From the IMG/VR virus record IMGVR_UViG_3300027789_000015, positions 2,441-66,440 of that record: a stretch of 64,000 bases of DNA. One strand, given 5' to 3'. Positions 57,233 through 64,000 of this stretch are shown piece after piece. Both the position numbers and the translations under genes were made by a program. This stretch comes from a virus. Under the pieces are notes generated by a model. It saw only the letters and a list, made by a program, of their open reading frames with translations. It made no database searches and was not told the DNA's origin. The number at the start of each line of letters is the position of its first letter. Within the stretch, counting starts at the first letter, position 1.

Positions 57233-58398
57233 TGCGGCACCGCCATGTACTGCGGGATCTCCCGCTCGACGCGGAACGTGGCCGACACCTCGGTCACGTC
57301 GGTGGCGTAGCGCCCCTCAGTCAGCCGCTCGACAGCGCCACTGTTGAATCCGGCGACCAGTAGGCGGTCGGCGATGCATACCATCGCCCGCCCGTCGCCC
57401 ACGCTGTCGCCGCGTTTGATCTGCTCGCCGCGCACCTCGACACCCGAGCCCAGCACCGTGCGGCCCGCGACGACTTGGCTGTAGACCAGCTTGTCGAATT
57501 CCACGCCGCGCAGGAACGCCAGCTCTTTCTCGGTGCCGACGTAGATCCCGTCGTCCACCGGCTGCAGCAGCGTGATGTCGGCGGTGAACTGCTTGAAGTC
57601 GCGGCGCGGGTCGAACAGCTCCCAGCGGTTCGGTAGCGAGGCCCACAGCACCGAGCCCTGCGCCACCAGCGCGCGGCCACGCCAGAATGCCTGCACGGTG
57701 CCGACCGGCGCAGGAATGAGCTGGTCCGTGCGGCAGGGCGTGGTAAGTGCGTTGTTCTCGCCGACGTAGGTGAAGGTCGAGCCGGTCGTGCTGCCGGCCA
57801 GGAACCCATCGCCGCCGTTGTGGCTGGTCAGGTAGACGTTCGTCTTGTACCCGGCCAGGGTGGGCAGGCCCGTCAGCAGGATGCCGCCCTGCGTGACGGG
57901 TGCGGGGTTCGACAGGATGTTGCCGCCCTCCGCGTTGTCGGCCAGCCGCACGTGCGTGAGCATCCACTGGTAGTCGCCAGCGAACAGCGAGCCAGGTACG
58001 TCGGTCAACGCGCCGACACTGGCGGGCACCGGCACGCCCCAGCCCGTCATCGTCAGCCCGTCCGTGATGCCGTTGATGTTGCCGTTGCTGAACGACACGC
58101 GGCCGTCAGGCAGGTTGCAGTACCAGACGCGCGCCACGCTCAGCCCGCTGTAGAGCGTGGTCACGGTGCCGTTCGGGAAGCGCGAGATCAGGTCGCCGTT
58201 GCGCGTGGCCAGCATGAAGCCGTCCGCCTGCCACAGGTTCTTGTAGCACTCGGCCACGACCTCGCTGTAGCCGCGCCGCCGACGCAGCCCGCCGGTCAGG
58301 TCGATGTCCACGTCGGTGGCGATGCGCAGCTCGTTGGCTTTGAGCCGCTCGCTGGGGGCGATGTTGTTGATGCCCCGGAACTTGTCGAACGTCAGCAT
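57229..58398 (-). CDS. Putative tail stabilisation/nozzle-like protein
   Basis: ATG 58398 with GAGGAG RBS; FRGINN..DVDID..G.LRRRRG N-terminus. Confidence 0.65.
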   Translation of the reverse strand: MLTFDKFRGINNIAPSERLKANELRIATDVDIDLTGGLRRRRGYSEVVAECYKNLWQADGFMLATRNGDLISRFPNGTVTTLYSGLSVARVWYCNLPDGRVSFSNGNINGITDGLTMTGWGVPVPASVGALTDVPGSLFAGDYQWMLTHVRLADNAEGGNILSNPAPVTQGGILLTGLPTLAGYKTNVYLTSHNGGDGFLAGSTTGSTFTYVGENNALTTPCRTDQLIPAPVGTVQAFWRGRALVAQGSVLWASLPNRWELFDPRRDFKQFTADITLLQPVDDGIYVGTEKELAFLRGVEFDKLVYSQVVAGRTVLGSGVEVRGEQIKRGDSVGDGRAMVCIADRLLVAGFNSGAVERLTEGRYATDVTEVSATFRVEREIPQYMAVPQ

Positions 58399-61379
58399 AG
58401 GATGCTCCTCGAAATGGTGGGCGCGCCGAACGTCGTGCTCGGGGCGATGTGACGCGCGTGAACGCGCCAGTGGGTGCTGGGTGTGCCGAAGTTGCCCACG
58501 ACGAAGCCGCTGGCCCGCTGGCCCAGGCGCTCGCGCGCGGCGATGGGCATGCCGAACCGGGCCGGCACGTACAGGCCGGTGGCCCGTTGGAGCGGGGCGG
58601 TGTAGGGCTGGCCGAACCTGGGGCCGGCGTTGAGGCCCTGGGCGAGGTAGGTGTTGGGCCGGTAGGTCGACGGCGTGCCCCAGCGTGCAGCCGCGAATCC
58701 CGCCGCCCGTTGCCCCGCCGCTGCCAGGGCCGTGCCAAACAGCGTGGCCCTGAAGCCGGGGGCGTGGGCCGTGCCGAGGGTTTTCCCGGCCCCGAACGTG
58801 GTGCTGGGCGTCCAGGCGGCGACTGTTTGGGAAACCCGGGCCTTGGAGACCCCGAACGCCGTGAGGGCCACCCCAGCCTGGGTCTGCCGCCGCGAGGCCC
58901 GCGCAGCCCCGAATTGGCCCGTCTGCGCCCCCGTGGCGGTGGCGTAGGACTTCGTGGTGGGCGTGCCGAAGTTGCCGGGGGCGATAAACACCGCCCCGTG
59001 CTCGGTTTGGCGCAGCGCCCGGTGGGTGCCGACCTGGGTGACCTCGAAGGCCAGGGCCGTCGCAGTCAGGTGCTCGCCGACGCCGTCCACGCGCGGCAGG
59101 CCGAAGGCCGTGGCGTGCAGCGACGTGGCGCGGCCGACCACGTCCATCCCCGGCACGAACGGCAGACCGAAGCGGGTCAGGTCGAAGGCCACGGCCCGCG
59201 CGGTCTGTGGGAAGTTGGGGATGCCGCTCCATGTGGCCACTGGACGGCCCATACCGCCCGAACGGAACCCGCGGGCGATCAGCAGCCGTTGCGGCAGGCC
59301 CCACTGGGTCGTGGGCGCGATGCCTGTTGCGACGCCGAGGGTGCTGCGGCGCGGGGTGCCGAACACCACGGTCGGCGCGATGCCGTCCGGTACGCAAGGC
59401 GGACCCCAGGCGTAACGGGCGTTCGGGGTGCCAAAGGTCGGGGCGAGCTGCTGGCCGGTGGGCTGGACTTCGACAAGGTGCGGGGCGCGCGGGGCGCCCA
59501 CGTTGCCGAACTGCGAGCCGGTGGCGCGCACCGTGGTCAGCGCGATGAATGAGCGCCACTCATAGGCTGCGGTGGGGTAGCTGATGTCAATCGAAGCGGA
59601 CATGCCGCCCGACAACACGGGCTCGGTGTTCGGCTCGATGAAGTAGCCCGCGCCGTCGTCGTCTTGCTCGAAGGCCGTAACTTGGAACCAGTGCTGGAGC
59701 GACGAGGCGACTCGCTCAGCCACGACCTGCACCGCGCCGGGGGTGAAGCGGTAGGCGACGGTGACCCCTCCAGCGGCAACCGGCGCGGTGTCGAAGCGCA
59801 GGATGGCTACAGCGTCCTCGCCCGCGCCCGCTTTTTGCCAGAACATGTCCGCGATTTCCGTCGCGCTTGTTTCCGCCGGCCGGTTGGCGGACAGGATGAG
59901 TGAGGGCGTCGACACTGTGCCGAACCAGCGCTGCAGGCGCTCCTGCCCTGGCGTGAGGGCAAGACCTACTGGGTAGTCAATGGCGCTCGTATCGGCGATG
60001 GTGCCCTTGTAGAGCGCCACACCCCCAGCGGACGACACGCCGATGCGGGTCTCGGTGCCTCCTTCCAACGGGGCGAGGCCGAGGTCGAGCAGTGCATGCG
60101 CGCTGCCTCCCGAGATGCCGCCGCTCAGCGACGTATAAGGGTCCACGCCGATCTCGGCTGCCCAGGTGTTGTATGAGTGCTCGACTCGCCCGATGGACGG
60201 GCTCGCTGCGTCCATCAGCCCGCCGTCGAACAGGCCCAGCGCCTTGGTGTTCGTGGCCAAGTCGCGCACGTCGCTGACCGCGCCGCTGACCTTTGGTCGG
60301 CCGACGCGCGTCACCTTGCTTCCGGCGGCAAACGCCCAGTCGAGCACGTCATCCCTGGCGTTGAACTGGTATACGCCCATCGTGCTGAGCACCGAGGCCA
60401 TGCCGCCCGAGACGGCGAGGCTCGTGCCGATGTACGTCGCCATCGTGCCGTACTGGTTGGTCGTGTAGACCAGAAAGCGTGGCGTGTCGGCTGTGGCGTA
60501 TTCCCTCTCGGCGACGACCTCCAGGGTGCCGCGCCCGATGCGCAGCGCGAGCGACAGCGGGTAGCCGCCCGAGCCGTCGTCGTTGCGCATATAGAGGATC
60601 GCCTCGTCGGCAGTCTTCTGCCACTTCGAGGCGGTGACGCGGCCACTGCCCGCGGTGGCGCTCTTTACGTTGATGACCAACGACGGCGGCGAAGCCGTGC
60701 AGTAGATCGTCTGCGACTCTTGGCCCCCGGGCGAGTCACCTACCATCGTGCGGGCGGCGATGGTCGTGTCCTCCGGAGACTTCCGGTAGAACGCCACGCC
60801 CCGCGTGGCGAACAACATGCGGGTCTCGGCGCTGTTCTGCAGCGGCGGGAAGCCCAAGTCGACCAGCGAGCCGTTGCTCGATCCGGTCGCGTTGCCGCCG
60901 AGCGAGTCAGTCGGGTCGACGCCCAGCTCAGCGGCCCAGGCCGCGTAGGCAGCGAGCGTCGAAGCGTGTGAGGCAGACGCGGCTGTGGCGAAGCCGCCGA
61001 GCACGGGGGCACCCGTGCCCACGTCCAGAGTCTCGTGGGACTTCGTCGCGCCGTAGCTGATGCCGAACGGCGTACCTCGCGCTCCGGTCTGGAAGCCGAT
61101 CTCGTTGTTCGGCACCTTCGCGAGGCCGAACGTCGTGGCCACCCAGGTGAAAGGGGCCGCGAACAGCGGCGTGTTGCCTGGGTTGCCGAAGTACGCCGCC
61201 TGCCAGCCGCTGACCGGCTGCGTCAGCCGGAGCCCGGGGGTGCCGAAGGTCGGGGCGGCGTTGATGCCCAGCGCCCGGCCGCGATCCCAACTGAACAGCG
61301 CGCTGCCCGGCGTGACCGTGTAGAGGGAGCCGTCCCAGTCGAAGACCAGGGCGTTTGCTGCCGGCGGGGTATAGCTCAT
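58392..61379 (-). CDS. Putative tail fibre/appendage with FGxP repeats and a duplicated domain
   Basis: 995 aa; about 19-aa FGTP-type repeats; two paralogous domains. Confidence 0.7.
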   Translation of the reverse strand: MSYTPPAANALVFDWDGSLYTVTPGSALFSWDRGRALGINAAPTFGTPGLRLTQPVSGWQAAYFGNPGNTPLFAAPFTWVATTFGLAKVPNNEIGFQTGARGTPFGISYGATKSHETLDVGTGAPVLGGFATAASASHASTLAAYAAWAAELGVDPTDSLGGNATGSSNGSLVDLGFPPLQNSAETRMLFATRGVAFYRKSPEDTTIAARTMVGDSPGGQESQTIYCTASPPSLVINVKSATAGSGRVTASKWQKTADEAILYMRNDDGSGGYPLSLALRIGRGTLEVVAEREYATADTPRFLVYTTNQYGTMATYIGTSLAVSGGMASVLSTMGVYQFNARDDVLDWAFAAGSKVTRVGRPKVSGAVSDVRDLATNTKALGLFDGGLMDAASPSIGRVEHSYNTWAAEIGVDPYTSLSGGISGGSAHALLDLGLAPLEGGTETRIGVSSAGGVALYKGTIADTSAIDYPVGLALTPGQERLQRWFGTVSTPSLILSANRPAETSATEIADMFWQKAGAGEDAVAILRFDTAPVAAGGVTVAYRFTPGAVQVVAERVASSLQHWFQVTAFEQDDDGAGYFIEPNTEPVLSGGMSASIDISYPTAAYEWRSFIALTTVRATGSQFGNVGAPRAPHLVEVQPTGQQLAPTFGTPNARYAWGPPCVPDGIAPTVVFGTPRRSTLGVATGIAPTTQWGLPQRLLIARGFRSGGMGRPVATWSGIPNFPQTARAVAFDLTRFGLPFVPGMDVVGRATSLHATAFGLPRVDGVGEHLTATALAFEVTQVGTHRALRQTEHGAVFIAPGNFGTPTTKSYATATGAQTGQFGAARASRRQTQAGVALTAFGVSKARVSQTVAAWTPSTTFGAGKTLGTAHAPGFRATLFGTALAAAGQRAAGFAAARWGTPSTYRPNTYLAQGLNAGPRFGQPYTAPLQRATGLYVPARFGMPIAARERLGQRASGFVVGNFGTPSTHWRVHARHIAPSTTFGAPTISRSILC

Positions 61380-61777
61380 GCCGCCGTCAGTCGGTCGAGG
61401 ACGAGCGCGTTCTCCGTGTTCGCCGGATCAAGCGCGACGGCGTAGTAGTTCGACGTGTCCGCTGCGTCGAGCCCGCCGAACAGGAACGTGCCGTCGCCAG
61501 CCGTGCGCGTTGCGGCGATGATGCCGCCGGTCACTCGGTAGTAGAGCCGCACGATGGCGTCAGGGACGGGGAGCCCCGCCTTGAGCGCGACGCCACTCAG
61601 TTCCGCCGTGCGCGAGCCGCCCGGGTGGAACTTGTAGGCCCACCACGTGAGCCCTTGCGTGACCGAACCCCCGACGCGCGGGCACTTGATGGCGACGGCG
61701 TTCGTTGCCGCCCACACGTCGAGCGCCTTCGCGAAGTGGTTCCGGCGGTGAACGCCGATGGCGCCCAGGTCAGCCAC
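61376..61777 (-). CDS. Tail-fibre-associated protein
   Basis: GTG 61777; VRLYYRVTG..T..DGTF.F.GL Ig-like segment. Confidence 0.6.
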   Translation of the reverse strand: MADLGAIGVHRRNHFAKALDVWAATNAVAIKCPRVGGSVTQGLTWWAYKFHPGGSRTAELSGVALKAGLPVPDAIVRLYYRVTGGIIAATRTAGDGTFLFGGLDAADTSNYYAVALDPANTENALVLDRLTAA

Positions 61778-61778
61778 G

Positions 61779-62654
61779 TCAGAATCCGCCCCACGTGTCC
61801 GAGGTCTCGATGAAACACTGCTGCGCGCCGACAGCCTGCAGGTCGACTGCCTCGAAGGTGCGGCCTGCCAGGATGCCCGTGCCGCTGAAGGTGTCGCCGT
61901 CAGTGAGCGGGTGGTCATGGCACGGGCACCAGACGCCAGGAAGCAGGGCACGGGTGCCTTCAGCCACCGTACCCTCGCTGATCCAGACTGGGGCCTGTAC
62001 GAGCGAGCCCTCGATTGGGTTCGGGTAGGTCGAGCCTGCGGAGCCCATGGTCGTTGAGCCGATGCGCGGGGCGTCCGAGAACTTGCCCACTTGCTTCGAG
62101 GTGCCGACCTGGGTGTAGGGGCGAGCGACGTAGTGGCCGGTGTTCACGCCCATCGTGGCGCTCAGCGCCGAGAAGTTGATCGTCGAGCTGGCAGCGGAGG
62201 TCTGCGCGATCATCAGCGTGTGGAACGCGTCCGCCGCCTTGTAGGAGACCGGGTCGCCGAACGCGGTGACGAACGTGTTGGCTGCGGGCTTGATGAACAG
62301 GTAGAAGATCTTGCCGTCGCTGAACATCTTCCACGGAGCGGCCGCGCCCTTCTCCAAGTACGCACCGCCTGAGACCTGGGCGGCGGTGGGGAACGGTCCG
62401 GTGCCCGTGTTCACGTCGGACATCGTCTCGTAGCCGACGATGCGCGCCGTGGTCGTGCTCGTGTCGTCGACCCGCAGGTAATACTGGTTCGTGCCCGCAG
62501 GCTGGCGGTAGGCCGCGAGGTTCGTGCCGGTGTAGGGCTTCGTCCAGCCCATCGTGGTGACGAGCAGGTAGTCGAGCAGCGTGATCATCGACCCGGCAGC
62601 AGCGGCCAGGGCCGGTGCGCCGCCGTCCGTGCTGCGCTTGATGTAGATGGTCAC
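61779..62654 (-). CDS. Tail-fibre-type virion protein
   Basis: STDGGAP.L...GS.I.LL, GWTK.Y, YLRVDD, GYETMSD..TGTGPFPT. Confidence 0.7.
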   Translation of the reverse strand: MTIYIKRSTDGGAPALAAAAGSMITLLDYLLVTTMGWTKPYTGTNLAAYRQPAGTNQYYLRVDDTSTTTARIVGYETMSDVNTGTGPFPTAAQVSGGAYLEKGAAAPWKMFSDGKIFYLFIKPAANTFVTAFGDPVSYKAADAFHTLMIAQTSAASSTINFSALSATMGVNTGHYVARPYTQVGTSKQVGKFSDAPRIGSTTMGSAGSTYPNPIEGSLVQAPVWISEGTVAEGTRALLPGVWCPCHDHPLTDGDTFSGTGILAGRTFEAVDLQAVGAQQCFIETSDTWGGF

Positions 62655-62663
62655 GATGCGTCC

Positions 62664-63068
62664 TTACAGGCTGAAGATCTTGTAGGTGCCGTTGTCCCAC
62701 TGCACGGTGATGTCGCCGCCGTTGGTCGCCAGCGGGAAGCCGGTGATCACGTCGATGAACGCCAGCAGCGGCGAGGTTGCGTCGGAGCCGGTGTCCTTGT
62801 AGAGCACCACGCACTTCGCCGTTGAGCCCGCGGTCACTGCGGCGTAGGTCACGTCGGCCGCGTCGAGCGCACCGCCGGTGACGGTCTTCGACGACAGCGC
62901 CTGGGGCGTGCCGATCACGTTCGAGCTGGCGGTAGACCAGAACTCGTCAGTGGCCAAGTTCTGTGTGTAGGACGTGCTGACCAGCGCGGCCTTGATCGTG
63001 TCCGACGAGAAGTTGATCGTCCCGGAGAGGATCTTCTCCTTGCCTTTGGTGTAGAGGGCGTTGGCCAT
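62664..63068 (-). CDS. Virion structural protein
   Basis: 134 aa, AGGAG RBS, TNGGDITVQWD..IF ending. Confidence 0.7.
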   Translation of the reverse strand: MANALYTKGKEKILSGTINFSSDTIKAALVSTSYTQNLATDEFWSTASSNVIGTPQALSSKTVTGGALDAADVTYAAVTAGSTAKCVVLYKDTGSDATSPLLAFIDVITGFPLATNGGDITVQWDNGTYKIFSL

Positions 63069-63094
63069 GGTGCGGCTCCTGCAAAAAGTGGTTG

Positions 63095-63111
63095 AAGTCT
63101 AACGTAGATCG
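63095..63111. promoter_or_regulatory. Palindromic motif copy 5
   Basis: aagtctaacgtagatcg; 14-bp core is the reverse complement of copy 1. Confidence 0.6.
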
Positions 63112-63219
63112 CAGATAGAAAGGTGCGCCCCCCCGCCTACCAAGGAACAGACGGCGGGGCGCGGAGGAGGGTTGGGTCCGAGGATTGGCAGCTCGTACCG
63201 CAGCAGCACCCTCCACTGG

Positions 63220-63447
63220 CTATCGCTGCGATTCCTCGCCGAGCACAGAGGCCCGGCATGTGTCGTACATCTCGCCCAGCTCGGTGGCCTTCAAGACCCA
63301 CGCGCCGAACGAGTCGTCAGTGATCGGGGTCCGGGGCTGGCACGACGCCACTTGCAGCGGTGTCGGGCCGAGCGCCGGGGATGGCGGCGTTGAATGCGCG
63401 CACGCTGACAGGGCCGCTGCGGCAATCAGTGAAGACCAGTTTTTCAC
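63220..63447 (-). CDS. o-spanin (Rz1-like lipoprotein)
   Basis: GTG with GAAGGA RBS, lipobox LSAC, Pro-rich, overlaps the i-spanin 3' end. Confidence 0.8.
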   Translation of the reverse strand: MKNWSSLIAAAALSACAHSTPPSPALGPTPLQVASCQPRTPITDDSFGAWVLKATELGEMYDTCRASVLGEESQR

Positions 63448-63670
63448 GGACTTCCTTCTCGATAGTTTGGTAGGTCGTGCGGTGGATGGGCTTGAGCTTG
63501 GCGATCTCACGCGCAGCGGCTTGCGCGCCGGCCTCGACAGCGATGCGCAGGTTCGCGTCCTGCTTGGCGTTGGCCGCGATCTGCCTGTCCTCGCCGACCC
63601 CGACACCGTAGAAGAACGCGCTGGCGCACATGCCGGCGGCGGCGAGGAGAGCGATGAGGTAGCCCACCAT
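63317..63670 (-). CDS. i-spanin (Rz-like)
   Basis: N-terminal TM segment, helical periplasmic part with Cys; follows the lysin. Confidence 0.8.
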   Translation of the reverse strand: MVGYLIALLAAAGMCASAFFYGVGVGEDRQIAANAKQDANLRIAVEAGAQAAAREIAKLKPIHRTTYQTIEKEVREKLVFTDCRSGPVSVRAFNAAIPGARPDTAASGVVPAPDPDH

Positions 63671-64000
63671 CACACGTACTCGATGGTGACCGCCTCGTTC
63701 CGCGCCAGGGCGTAGCGGATCTTGGCGAAGAGCTTGTCGAAGGCTTTGCGGCTGTTGCCCAGCGACTTCGCGTGGCGGTCCTCGCCGACCAGCAAGCACC
63801 CTTCGGTGTTTGCCGCCGTGTTGCCCGGGTGGATGCGGATGCCGGCGAAGCCCGGCACCTTGGGCACCTCAGGCAGGAGGTGGCCGAACCGGGCGCTCAT
63901 TGTGACGATCACCCCGTAGGTGCCCACCGGGATGGCCGTCTCGCCCTTGATCTTCCACTTCTCCACCGGCACGCCGGGGATCTCGCGCACCGGGTCTTCG
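63670..64000 (-). CDS. DUF5675-type putative lysin (5' truncated)
   Basis: ETAIPxGxY, VPGFxGIRIHPGN...TEGCLLVG; upstream of spanins. Confidence 0.75.
   Translation of the reverse strand, partial: EDPVREIPGVPVEKWKIKGETAIPVGTYGVIVTMSARFGHLLPEVPKVPGFAGIRIHPGNTAANTEGCLLVGEDRHAKSLGNSRKAFDKLFAKIRYALARNEAVTIEYV

Noticed and set aside
54518..62654. Diversity-generating retroelement or invertible tail-fibre system
   Set aside because: No reverse transcriptase, invertase or adenine-variable repeat pair seen

Overview
The window is most of a high-GC tailed-phage genome, probably podovirus-like: no tape-measure protein, integrase or RNA polymerase was recognised. It has two opposing blocks. The minus-strand virion/packaging/lysis block covers 1-10261 and 42492-64000: terminases, portal, scaffold, N4-gp56-type major capsid, a 2608-aa ejection-type protein, tail proteins, spanins and a DUF5675-type lysin. 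The plus-strand early/replication block covers 10573-42127: primase-SF3 helicase, AAA plus VWA/metallopeptidase, Cas4-like exonuclease, SNF2 helicase, family A DNA polymerase, ATP-dependent ligase and many small ORFs. Top finding: four canonical integron attC sites (39603-40885) with no integrase in the window. They delimit three cassettes whose R-box complementarity shows insertion into one resident attC, and their ORFs run antisense to attC polarity. Other highlights: an Acb4-like / unknown / Tad2-like cluster inside the head operon; a shared C-terminal helix motif on about 10 unrelated small proteins; a five-copy palindromic operator; a three-copy early leader element; a duplicated AT-rich origin-like element; and dual coding at the terL 5' end. 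All family assignments are from motif recognition by eye, not database searches.
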